Origin: Lama guanicoe
Lineage: Eukaryota
Assembly (NCBI GenBank): GCA_013239625.1
Contig: MU057036.1
Coordinates: 6,290,903 to 6,354,902, forward strand
Reading direction: 5' to 3'
DNA: 64,000 nt
Below, piece after piece: positions 1 through 10,966 of the stretch. The position numbers and the translations under genes are program-made. Below the pieces are notes generated by a model. That model did not search any database. It was not told the origin of the DNA and saw nothing but the letters and a program-made list of their open reading frames with translations. Position 1 is the first letter of the stretch; every line of letters begins with the position of its first letter.

Positions 1-167
1 AGGACAAACCACAGAGCAGAGTTGTCCCAAGTGAGTGCAGAGGCACGGGCCAGTCTAGATCAACTAGAGCCCGCAGACCAGTGAAAAACAAAGGGTGATG
101 GTGGTAAGCCACTGGCATCGTGTACGTTTTGTTAGGCCACCATTTTGTGGCAAGGCTAAGTGATACC
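1..167 (+). mobile_element. MaLR LTR (MLT1-type) 3' portion, truncated by window edge
   Basis: Ends with degenerate MLT1 terminus 'taagccactg...ttgtt...cattttgtggcaaggctaagtgatac'. Confidence 0.55.
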
Positions 168-289
168 CACGCCTACGATCTTCCAGGAACTATTCAGAAC
201 CCTGGAGAGAGCAGCAGGGAATACAGCTGAGCCACAGCTCTCATGGAGCCGATGTTCCAATAGAGCACTTTACACACGTGTATCCTTAC

Positions 290-450
290 ACACTTGATCC
301 TCCAAAGCTCAGGTGGCAATCCCATTCTGTGGATGAGGAAACTGTGACTTGAAAGGGCTAACTTGCTTGCTAATGAGAACAACCTAGTAAGTGCCAGAGC
401 TGCGATCTGAACTCGGATCTCTGACTCCAAGGGCTACGCTCCTTCCACTG
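290..450 (-). mobile_element. MIR SINE
   Basis: MIR core in reverse: 'cccattctgtggatgaggaaactgtg...agtaagtgccagagctgcgatctgaactc...tctgactcca'. Confidence 0.7.
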
Positions 451-1114
451 TTGCAAAGCAACCCCCACCTTCTGCTGAAGTCAGCACCTCTCATGGGAGT
501 TACAGAGGGAGCTGACCCGGGTGGGAAGACAGATGGGAGCTGCAAGTCTGACCCAAAGAGGACTGCTCTGTTATCGACAAAATGAGAAACAACTCTCATT
601 TTTATCCCCTGAAATTGTTCCTCCTTGCAATTAAACCAATCTCTGTTTACAAGTATTTAGTGTGATTCTAGAAATTACATTTTGAAATTATGTGAACAGA
701 GAGAGAAGGCAGCCCACACAGTGAGCGATTTCTTGTGGGTAATTGGCTGCTGGTTCTGGCTCCAGTGATGCCTTCTCTTTTGGAGCATAATTAGTGATTT
801 CAAAAGACACTGTTAGAAATGGCCCAGGTCTCTAAAGAAAGGCTTTTCTAGCTCTTAACATTAGGAGATCTACTCAAATGCATGCTGACAAATTTCCCTT
901 TTTGTTTTTCTCCTTTTTGGAATGAACTCTCAAGATATTTTCCAAAGATTGGAAAAGATGTGGATGTATAGAAATTTCCCAGATATAAAAGAAATCCTAG
1001 ATTCCCATCAGAAAACTTAGACTCTCTTCCTTCCTTTCCTCTTCCCCTCTTTCCTTCCTTCATTTCTTAATTTCTTAGAAAGTCATAGAATATTTGGATA
1101 TTAACAGGGTGCAT

Positions 1115-1535
1115 TCATTAAGATTAGGTTCAAAAGTTAAACAAAATGGAAGTTTATTTCTCTCCCCTGTTAGGAAATCTTTAGGCAGTCATGGGCTGCT
1201 ATGGTGGTCCATGTGCAGCAAAAACCAGGCTCCTTCTATCTCTTATCCTCAGGGTCACCTAATGACTCAAGATGGCTGCTGGAGATTCAGCCATTACATC
1301 CACATTCAGGGACCAGGAAGGAGGGCTAGTTCTTCCCAACTGAGTCAGTTACTTTTAAGGCGATTTACCTGAAGTCCCACAAAACCTTTCTACTTAAACA
1401 CATTGACCAGAACAGAGGCCTGAAGCCCTATCTAGCTGTAAGAGAGGCTGAGATCAGTGCAGCAACCTATAGGGTTCTGTTGCTAAGGAGGAAGAGAAGA
1501 ATGCATATTGGGGCAGGAAACCAGTTTCTGCCACA
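1115..1535 (-). mobile_element. Ancient MaLR LTR (MLT1K/L-like)
   Basis: Motifs 'aagtttatttctctc', 'ccaggctccttctatct', 'caagatggctgctgga...cagccattacatccacattc', ending 'tctgccaca'. Confidence 0.65.
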
Positions 1536-1634
1536 AATGTAACAATGGAGAACTGTGGACATGTAAACTGAATGAAGATACAGTTTGGTTGGTTTGAAAC
1601 TAATCTCAGCATCAAGCCAGGAGCTTGGGATGTA

Positions 1635-1915
1635 AAAGAGCTTTATCTTTTGCCCCACTCTGTTCAATAGTGTTATCCATGATGCAGGTGAAGACTTTGA
1701 GAGCCCTCTGTCCATCTCTGCTGATGGCATAGACCAGAAAGTTTAGCTACTCTATCAGATAATAGAATCAGGATCCTGAAGCCCTGGAAAGGCTAAGGTA
1801 CTGGGCAGGAAATAACAAGGGAAAATGTAACAGGAGAAAATGTAAAATTCAGTATTCAGATCTGAAAAACAAACTGCATGAGTGCAGGATGAAAGAGACA
1901 TGGCTTAGCTGCAGA
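1635..1915 (+). mobile_element. L3/CR1 LINE fossil, reverse-transcriptase domain fragment
   Basis: From 1651 translates as CPTLFNSVIHDAGEDFESPLSISADGID (CR1 RT: GPVLFNIFINDLDEGIE.TLSKFADDTK); later CNRRKCKIQYSDLKNKLHECRMKETWL (CR1: FNRDKCKVLHLG.KNQLHKYRMG..WL). Confidence 0.75.
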
Positions 1916-2567
1916 TTTCATCTCTCTGTGTTAAAAGTGGGATATGGCTCAGAAAAGATGTAATTGGATCTGGCCTTTGACAGGAAGGAAAGGAAGCTAA
2001 TATTTATAGAACACCTAGAATATGCCACACCCTTTGATGGGCCCCGGCGGTGGTTCTAGAAGATAAATGTTGCAATCCCCTGCACCAGACAGCGTCCCAG
2101 TCATGGCCCAGTTTCACACAGCTTGTTCCCTCCTCTCTCCGCAGATGTGCTGATTCTAGAAGTCCCGTTCTTTGCTGCTGGCCCAATTCCCTTTGTAGGG
2201 ACCACTCCTCTCCTTGGGGAATGAATTCTCACCAGCTGGGAGAGCACTTTAGCCAAGTAGTGTTAACAGCAACTAGTACATCAGATTAAGCAATTAGCAC
2301 TCTTTGTCACTTAGCAGAGATCAGGGGCCCAGAGGAACCACAGCAGAACAGATAAGGTACTAAGGGGAAAAGATGGGAGGGAGACACCCTGGGGAGCAGC
2401 AGAGAGTGGCGGAGGGAACCAGATGCCTGTGAAGAGGGAAGGGGCAGTGGAGACAGTGCAGCTCTGAAGACCCGCAGCCCCTTGGCAACATCCTTCAGGA
2501 CAGATGAGGAAACTGAGGCATGGGGTCAAACAGAATTTCCCAACTGTTGTCTTCCAGCTGGCCAGCT

Positions 2568-2735
2568 CAGTGTTTCTGGGCTCTGGGTGCATGTCAGAAT
2601 AACCTGGGACTCTGAAACATACTTATGCTGGAGTCCCACTCCAGACCAGTTGTATCAGACTGTGGGGAAGCGGTCAGGAACTGGTATTTGTAAAAGCCCC
2701 CAGGGGATCTACTGTGCAGCATGGGTTGGGTGGGC
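2568..2735. mobile_element. MER5A-like hAT-Charlie DNA transposon fossil
   Basis: 'cagtgtttct...tgcatgtcagaataacctggg...cccactccagaccagt..tatcagac...ggaactggtatttgtaaaagcccccagggga tct..tgtgcagc'. Confidence 0.7.
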
Positions 2736-3767
2736 TGCTCAGCCAGGAGGTGCTGGGCTGCCCCTGGGAGGTGGGGGAGGCGTAGGGCTGGCCCCGGGTT
2801 GGCCTGGGAATTTCGTCACTGTCAACACAGCCTTCTGCCCAGTTTCATGGCTTTGGGGGTGAAAGCACTTCCTCATCAAAGGCTGAGTGAAGGATCGAAG
2901 ATTCAGTCTGGCCTCATTATGTGTCTCCCAGGAAAAGACTGAATTCCCCTTTCTTCAGGGCCCACATCTAAAGCCCTCCCTGGCTCCATTTCTGCCTAGA
3001 ATGCCCCACTCCTCCAGAAGCGATCTTCACTCAGGCGGGTCTGAAATGCCCACTCTTCCCTGAATTGTTCTCCAATTTCAAGAAAAGCAGGCTTTCTCTG
3101 TTTCTCTTACGATGCACGGCTATGCAACAACCTCGGCGCGCTTGCTCTTTGCTATTGCAAACGACCCCAGCTTTTACACCTGTACCAAGCAGATCGCCAA
3201 AGAAGTTAGCGAGACAAAAGGACTCTCGGGGCTTCCCCTGAAGATTCTAACTCTACAGGTCCAGGGTGGGCTCAGGAAGGGTGCTACTAAGAGTACTGCC
3301 CACTCTGGCCAGGTTTGCCCCTTGGCCTACACAATAAGGTATAAAATGTTAAGGAGGAACTCTCCTTAGAGTACAGTAGTCTTATGCAATTGTGTATGTT
3401 TGGATTACAAAGGAATCACCAGGCATTCATATTTCTGCCCCAAGAGGAAAGGAAGCTGAAAATTAATTCTGATTTTATAGATATTCCATCTTAGATCTCT
3501 ATGAGATAATAGCATCATAGGATGTATGAAACAGGAACTGGCAAAATCTCCTCGAAGAGGACTCAAGTTCAGACCAAAACAGACGAGATTCTCTTTGACC
3601 TACTGACTGCAGGTTCGAATGTGTTCCCTGAGGAGGAGAAACTGGAAATTGATATCAAATCTCTGAGATATGGTATACAGAGCTGACTATGAATAAACAT
3701 TGCAATAAAGCTTATATTTCTAGAATGTTCTTAGTCTAGAATGTGGGTTCAAGTGATTGTCTTTTTC

Positions 3768-3903
3768 GTTTGTTTGTTTTTGTTTTGGGGGGTAATTAGG
3801 TTTATTTATTTACTTATTTATTCTAATGGAGGTACTGGGGATTGAACCCAGGACATTGTGCATACTAAGCATACACTCTACCACTGAGCTATGCCCTTCC
3901 CAC
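3768..3903 (-). mobile_element. Vic-1-type camelid SINE (tRNA-Ala derived), long form
   Basis: Reverse complement has A-box 'tagctcagtggtagag', B-box 'gggttcaatcccc' and tail 'aataaacctaattacccccc'; TSD tgtctttttc at 3758-3767 and 3904-3913. Confidence 0.9.
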
Positions 3904-4546
3904 TGTCTTTTTCCCTTTGGGTAATATTTCAAGATTAAAAAAAAACACACCACAGGCACTGATTATGCATATGTAGATTCAAATTACGGGCTACATTCAG
4001 ACTATTATAGTCAAGATTTAGTGCCCAGGAAACCAGGAAAGCAGTGGTGCTTCCAGTCGACGTCCCCAGCTGGGCTGACCTGTAGAAGATCTGCCTCATG
4101 TTAGCCCTTGTGGGGCACGAGCAAGTGCTTTGTCGGAAAGTGCACTGAACGTCACTTAGCCAGCTTTGCCCATGTGTCTGTGTTCATAGAGGCTTAAACT
4201 GAAAGTTCCTGGGGGGCAGGAATTAGGCTCTCTAGGTTTTCTCCAACAACTTGCATCACCTGGATGGTAATCCGGATTAGAAATACACCCTCTCACCAAC
4301 AGACTGAAACCCAAGCAGCCCTTCTCCACTTCATCCCAGACCTCCTTCATGGGTAGTAATCTTCCTCCTCTTCACTTGAAATGCTTTATGAGAAAAGGAA
4401 GATGAAACAAATACAGCCAATTGGGAGACAGAAAGCCTATGGCTAAAGCTGGATTGACCTATGTTCCTTTGGGTTGGGTAATTAAGTCTCCACATTTCTC
4501 TAAGAGCTGAATCTTGGCTAATTATTCCTCTGGGAGGATTATGATC

Positions 4547-4763
4547 AAGGAGTTGTGTTTGTGCAGGTACTAACTACTATATGTAAAGCAGATGAACAAG
4601 GTCCTACTGTGTAGCACAGGGAACTATATTCAACACCTTGTAATAGCCTATAATGAAAAAGAATATGAAAAGGAATATGTATGTGTATGACTGAATCACT
4701 GTGCTGTACACCAGAAATTAACACAACATTGTAAACTGACTGTACTTCAATTAAAAAAAAAAA
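4547..4763 (+). mobile_element. 5'-truncated young L1, 3' UTR plus poly(A)
   Basis: 'aacaaggtcctactgtgtagcacagggaactatattcaa...aacattgtaaactgactgtacttcaattaaaaaaaaaaaa', typical artiodactyl L1 3' end. Confidence 0.9.
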
Positions 4764-5814
4764 AGAGTAGCTATGTCTGGAAGCAAAAGCAGGCAAATAA
4801 ACATTTTATTTGTTGCATATGGAGACCCAAAGGGAAGCCAGGGGTCGGGGGGAGGGACCAGATCAGTAGAGAGTGGGGCCAACTTCTGATGGGATTTGAA
4901 TTCCCGCTGGAGGTGGGGTCTAGATCAGATCTCTGACTTAAAGTGCGGAGGGTGCTGGTCTTCATGCTCCGAGAGCAGACCCTTTTGCTCCCAAAGCTCC
5001 GTGGAAAGCAATCAGAACCACTTAAAGCTGACATTTCTAAAGCTGAGAGCAGTCTCTTCATGTGCCTGTTAAAGTATTGATTAGATTTGCTCAGGAAGTT
5101 TTCTACCAGAGAGAGAGAACTGCCAAGGATGTTTGCATCTATTTTGAAGCTCCTGGACGTGCAAGGATTTGAGATCCCCATAATGGATGTCCGCTTCTCC
5201 CTAGCACTCGGGGAAGCCCAACGCTCCAGAGAGGTCCTTGAAACTTGCCCCTCAATGACAAGTTATTTGTTTTCCCAGAAGAGGCCTTGAACCTCCAACT
5301 TCCCTGCTTCTCCCCTGCAAAGCCCTCATAAGACCCTGCTGCTAAATTGATTGTCCTTCATGGTGGGCTTTTGGAAGATAGGTGGATTCTAATCTCCTTG
5401 AGGACTCTCTTGTAGCCTTTGGCATTCCTCCCCCTGCAATCCCCCGCCCTCACCACGGCTATCAAAGTGTGTGGTGTGCAGAAGCCCCTGCTGTCACCTC
5501 CATGGGTGAAAGAAAACTCAGGTGTGAAGTCAGAATGAGCCAAGGTGAGTGGAGTGGAGGAGGCTGCTCTGGGAAGAAGCTGGGACACTGGTCTTGAGCT
5601 GGAATCACACTTTTGGGCCATGAGGATGTTGTGAATATCCAGGGTGGACAAGGGGTTGCATAAAGAGCTTCCCAGTTCAAATTTTAGAGGTCAAATTTTA
5701 GAGGGGCAGACAATCAATTCGACACATTCCATGGCAGAAATCATTTGAAACGTTTTCCTAGATCAGGTATTTATCAATGCAGTAGACCCTTCAAATGAGG
5801 AAGAATAAACAAGT

Positions 5815-5942
5815 CACTGGTAGGTAGAATTAAGATAGTCTGTAAAATCTCTGAAATCATAGTCAAAATCATGGGTGGGGTGCATAGCTTTTATCAGAAT
5901 CTCAAAGAGGAATATGGCACTTGGAGGTTTCAGAACCACTGA
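5815..5942. mobile_element. hAT-type DNA transposon fragment
   Basis: 'catagcttttatcagaatctcaaagagg...agaaccactg' resembles a hAT-Charlie terminal region. Confidence 0.45.
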
Positions 5943-6094
5943 ATCAATGCCTTGTGCATTTGGCATCCCTACCCAGCCCCTAGCCACCAAGAGTCTTCTG
6001 GGAAATCAGAAATAGATCCACTTCGGGATAATATCAGTGCTGGGAATACTGCCCAGCCCTACCTTGTCCCCTTAAAAGTCTACCCCTAGTGAGA

Positions 6095-7085
6095 AAGCCA
6101 TCCTAAATAAAACAGGAAACACAGAAATTATATAAGAAAATATGGACAGATTTTATTATGTAAAACAGAAATGTTTTTATACAGAAAAAACACTGTCAAC
6201 AAAATTAAAAGCAAATGATAGACTCATAAAACTATTTATAATCTACATAGTAAAAAGTGGATATTCTTAACATACAAAAAAAGTTTAAAACTTGGGAAAT
6301 GACCTGAAGAGTTTATTTATAGAGGAGGATATTGAAACAGGAATAAATAGGAAGACCCACAAACCTCCCTAGAGATTAGATACCTACAAATGAAAACAGA
6401 GATACATTTCCCACCAAATAGATTAGAAAAATGAAGATCAATAATGTCTAATGACTAGTCATAAACTTTTACAGGAATATAAACTGGTGTAATATTTTCA
6501 GGGAGAAATTCTACAGAATTGAATTCTACCCAATTAAATTTAAAATGCATATGATTTTTGATCCAGAAATTTCACTTATAAGAATGTATTCCCCACAAAA
6601 GTCATGCAAATGTGTGCAAAGTTTGCTGAGTCAGTGTAATCGGAAAAATCTGATAGTGACATAAATATTAATTCATAGAATAATTCATAATACATTATGG
6701 TTGATCCATGCTGTAGAATACCATGCAGCCATGAAAAAGAACATTGTCCCTCTGCATGTACTGACATGGAAGCAGGTCCATGTTATGTTATTGCACTTAA
6801 AAAAAAATGCATACCAATATAAGATTCTATTTTTATCTTTATTATAAACCACAAAACAGTGTGCATATGCATGAATAATGTGCATGTGTTCATGGACACA
6901 CATGTCCGATGGGCATAGCCAGAGTTCTGGAAAAATACATATTTATCTATTAAATTATCTACATAATTTATCTATTAAATTTGTCTCCCTGTGATGTTGG
7001 GGAGTCACTTTTAAAATCAGTTTTCAGTGTATTGTTGAATTTTTTCAGTCTCCATTTACTACTTTGTAATTATAAACAAATAAAC
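6095..7085 (+). mobile_element. Old (L1M/L1ME-class) LINE-1 remnant, ORF2 end and 3' UTR
   Basis: A-rich stretch with degenerate L1 motifs 'ttttgatccagaaatttcactt', 'agaataccatgcagccatgaaaaagaa', 'tgtactgacatggaag'. Confidence 0.75.
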
Positions 7086-7118
7086 AAAACTCTCCTTAGG
7101 AACACTTCCCAGCCCAGT

Positions 7119-7612
7119 TGTGATATGGTTTGTATAGATGCTGCCTTGACCCAGTTCTGAGGCCCTGGCTACAGACTGGTCTGTTTCCCTTCTTGTGTGG
7201 ACAATGAATTTCACACCTCCAATCACCTTGATGGAGCTGTCACACTCCAGGCCACTGTTCACCTGCCCTTATCACCCCAGGGCCAGGTACCAGACAACCA
7301 ACGACAGCCCCTAAGCACCAGAGCCTGGTGAAATTACCCGAATGAGCCGATCCTAAGTCTGCCTTCCCTGACTCACATGTTCCTTCCCACGGAAGTCACA
7401 GTAAAGGCTCTTGCCCACAGTTCCACTTTCTCTCTCTGCCTTGTGACCGAAGCTGCTGCTTCCCAGAGTGGTCCGGCCTGGTGCACTGTGTTCTTCCCAG
7501 GGAACTTTGAGTGTAACAATCTATACAACTCTTCCCAGCATCTCCCTCTTGATCTGCACCTGGTCTCACCATATCTCACCCAAGGTAATATGGTTGAAAT
7601 AGGAGTAAAACA
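7119..7612 (+). mobile_element. MER74-like ERVL solo LTR
   Basis: TG...CA ends; 'cccagggccaggtaccagacaac...cagcccct', 'gatcctaag', 'cacagtaaaggctcttgccc' match the recalled MER74 consensus. Confidence 0.75.
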
Positions 7613-8308
7613 TACTTGGACATGTTTTCAAGAAATACCCCGTGGATGGATGCCCAGTGCTCCAGAACTGCCCTCAATTTTATCTGCCTTTGCTGGCATC
7701 TCCTCTTGGCTTCCACACTCCTGATCTTTGCACAGGATCTGGTGCCTCTCCCCCCAGGGCCCGCACCTGATGCACTTTGGCTCCGTTCCCTGGCTCTGAC
7801 TTTTCCTCTCCCATCTGGTCCAGCATCTCAGTGGAGTGGTCATTGGCTAATGACCTGCTGTCCAGGCAGGCTCCCACCAAACACAGCCCAGCTTCATGGG
7901 CCATCTTTTAGCAAACTTGACCAATGAAGAACAGAGACAGAGCAAAACTCAGAGGCTGTTAGACCTGGAGTAGGCTGAAACTGGGGTCAGAAAGCAGGCA
8001 GATGGATTGTTGAGGGGTTGGCAGCCTGGGAAACCAGCAATCACCAGCAAGCCCTCTGAAGCCTGCCCTGTAAGCAGAAATAGAAGCACAAGTGGATGCT
8101 GGAGCCGAAGTGAGCAGGCTTATGGACACACTGAAAGGCAAAGCCAGGTAGAGGCCAAAAGGGTGGGCTGATGGTCTGGGAGCAGCCCACCCACAGAAGA
8201 GGCAGTGCAGGTAATAAAGAGCAGCAAGCGTGACTTCAGAAGACCTGGGCTTGGTCCCTGGTTCTGCTGATGCTGCCAGAGCTGCACAGATGAAGGCACT
8301 TAGAGCTT

Positions 8309-8468
8309 TTTAAAATTTAATTTAATTTTTTTTTATTTTGGGGAGGAGGTAATTAGGTTTCTTTCTTTATTTTAATTTTTATTTTTTTTAATGGAGGTAC
8401 TGAGGGTTGAACCCAGGACCTTCTGCATGCTAAGCATATGCTCTCCCACTGAGCTGTACCCTCCCCTT
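8309..8468 (-). mobile_element. Vic-1-type SINE, long form, inserted in a MIR
   Basis: tRNA-Ala-like head in reverse plus 'aacctaattacctcc' tail; TSD cacttagagctt (8297-8308) / cacttagacctt (8469-8480); flanks join into a MIR core. Confidence 0.9.
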
Positions 8469-9102
8469 CACTTAGACCTTATAAGTTCCAATTTCTTCAT
8501 CTGTACAGTTGAGCATAATGCTGCCCACCCAGGTCCATCTCATTGGACATCAGAAGTGTTCAGGATGTGGTGGCATTTGGCCAGAGGTGGGGAGACTGCT
8601 GGGATGGGAGAGGCGGCACACTGACACTTGATTGGGAAGGACTTTCAGTTTCTTCCTCTCCCTTTATGTTCTGGCCTCAATGTCACTGTCCTCCCTCAAA
8701 CACCCTCTGCCCCCCCATCCACACCAACCCTCCTCCCACCCCTCTTTGGCACTGCTAAGAGCCATGTGCCTGTAGCCAAAAGCTCAAGGCCAAGGGATGA
8801 ACTCCCCAGGTCAGCTCTTCACTCCCTCCCATTCACCAGTCCCTCAGGATCTCCAACAATTTCCATTATCGGCAGACACGGTGTTTCCAGGTGGCACACT
8901 GCTCTCACACAACTGAAATTTGCAGACAAGAAAAGCGCAGCTGCTCCGTAGCACTAGCTGGGCGGGAGGCTGGCCGTGGAGGGCCGCACACCTTTTGGTC
9001 GCAGCTTGTGTGCTGGGACCTCTCTCCATTTTATGCATTGGGGTGTCTCAGAATTTTCCAGGATGTGGGAGGAGCCGTGTTGCTTCCTCTCAGAATGATG
9101 GG

Positions 9103-9768
9103 TGTCGGGGAGGAAGAAATTTTCCTCTACCCTTCTAGGTTCTTCTGGCAGGCCTAAGAATTAAATTGACATGAGACATTAACAGGAGAAAATCACACAA
9201 AAGTTTAATGACACGTATATACATGGGAGAGATCCAGGAAAAGTGAGTAACTCGCCAAAATGGCCAAAACCCTCAAATGTCCCCCTCCCCCTTAACAGAG
9301 GCACTGGGGATTGAATCCTGGAATCCCGGATCTCGTGCATGCCAAGCACGTGCTCTACCACTGAGCTGTACCCCGACCCCCACCCCCAAAACTCCCATCT
9401 TAAATATCATCTTCAGCTGAAGTCAAAAGAGGGTGCTGAGATAGTGGTTTGGGACTTCAGAGGGGAGGAAGGCAATTGACGTGGAGACGGGAAAACAAAT
9501 GTTTGGTAAACAAGTGTTGGCTGGGCCAGTCTGAGACCGTGGGGCACAGAGAGGAATTTTAGCAGATTTGCTAGGTTCCTCCCATCTACACACCTAGAGT
9601 ATCCACGGTGACGGTGCCATTTCCAGAACAGCTTCTCTGTCTACATTCTTTAGGCAGTTAGGGGGAAGGTCAAAGTTTCTTCCAGTCTTTTGGGACTTGA
9701 TCGTTTTCAGCTCAAAATAATCTGCATGCCAAAGAGACCGCTGGGGTGACAAATTGTCCCCCTCCACT
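9103..9768 (-). mobile_element. ERV1-class solo LTR interrupted by a SINE
   Basis: 'tgtcggggaggaagaaattttcctctaccc...ttaacaggagaaaa' start and 'cagctcaaaataatctgcatgccaaagag...ggggtgacaaatt' end, typical of laurasiatherian ERV1 LTRs read antisense. Confidence 0.7.
9278..9385 (-). mobile_element. Vic-1-type SINE, short form, nested in ERV1 LTR
   Basis: Reverse complement: ggggtacagctcagtggtagagcacgtgcttggcatgcacgag...ttcaatccccagtgcctc. Confidence 0.85.
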
Positions 9769-10059
9769 GGCAAGGGTGGAAGGGGAACCCCCAGAGTCTC
9801 ACCTCTGGTGGCCACTTGGGATGTGTGCTAAAGGAGAGGCAGGGTGAAGCTAGCCTTCCTCTGCAACTTTGCACTCTTCTGCTGTCTCTCAAGCTGTCTC
9901 GGGGCTAGCTGGGAGCACTGGTCCCGGGCTCTGGGCGCAAAGCAGCTCAAACTCCACCTCTCGTCTCCCTGTCCGGTCACTGTTCCTTGAGTCACCACGG
10001 TGGGCTGCTGAGAGAGCCGGCTCCCTTCGCAGCCCAACGAGGTCCCAGACCAGCCAGGG

Positions 10060-10538
10060 GCCATGGTGGGTCACAGTTTCCTGACAAGCACCAGGCATCT
10101 GGAGAATATGCTGCCAGAGAATCGGTTCTTGTCTGGTCTAGGAAAGAATTCAAAAGTGAGGCACAGTAAAGGGACAGTAGATGTATTCAGGGAGATACAC
10201 ACTCCATAGACAGAGTGCTGGCCATCTCAGAAGGCAAGAGAGAGAGTGACCGCAGGGTGTGGGATTGTCAGTTTTCATGGGCTTGGTAAATTCTTATGCT
10301 AATGAGTGGGAGGATTATTTCAACTCCTTTGGGGAAGGAGCTGGGATTTCCAGGAATTGGGTCCCTGCGCACTTTTTGACCCTTTACGGTCAACCTAGGA
10401 ACTGTGATGGTGCTAGTGGCTATGCCATGAGTCTCAAGGTCTACTGGAGGTCGACTCTCCACCGTCTTGGTTCTAACCAGTTTGTCCTCAGTTGCTGTGT
10501 CATTCCTTCAGTGCCCTGCCCCCTCTCTCCTGTCCCAG
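10060..10538 (-). mobile_element. ERV1-class solo LTR
   Basis: 'ggttcttgtc...aggaaagaattcaa', 'gagatacacactccatagacagagtg..ggccatctcagaagg', 'tatgctaatgagtgggaggattatt' typical of artiodactyl ERV1 LTRs. Confidence 0.7.
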
Positions 10539-10802
10539 AATGAGGCAAAACCAGGTGCCAGATGGGGGCAGACATGTCATTCTGAGTCTCCCCACTCACC
10601 TTCCCATCTGCTGTACCAACCTTTTGTCTTTCTCTTCCATTGTCCCATAATCCACCACCTTCCCACTACTCTTAACCTTGCAGACCAGACTGTCAGGACA
10701 CAGGACAGATAATAAAAGGCCTCAGCCATCTTCAACACAGGGAATAGCCCCAACTGTTCTTTCTGACTTCAACTTGAATTTGCTGAGGCTTCTCCATCTA
10801 GA

Positions 10803-10966
10803 CCTATGCCGTCGAGTAGGGTGGTCACCAGCCACATGTGTGACTATTTAAATTTGAACAAATTAAAATTAAATACAATTCAAAGTGTTTAACAGCCACT
10901 TGTGGCCAGTGGCCACTTTATTGGACAGCAGAGAAACAAAACAGCTCCATCACTGCAGAAAATTCT
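10803..10966 (-). mobile_element. MER3 (hAT-Charlie) fossil with internal deletion
   Basis: 'agccacatgtg..actatttaaatt...aaattaaaattaaat...agccacttgtggccagtggc...ttggacagc...tccatcactgcagaaa'. Confidence 0.8.

Noticed and set aside
3481-3710. Processed pseudogene or terminal coding exon before tandem AATAAA
   Set aside because: Stops in all frames near the putative acceptor, no recognisable protein, no poly(A) or TSD
5677-5704. 14-bp direct duplication tcaaattttagagg
   Set aside because: Ordinary slippage duplication with nothing between the copies
9103-10538. Paired LTRs of a deleted provirus
   Set aside because: The two LTRs share no evident similarity, so they are separate solo insertions
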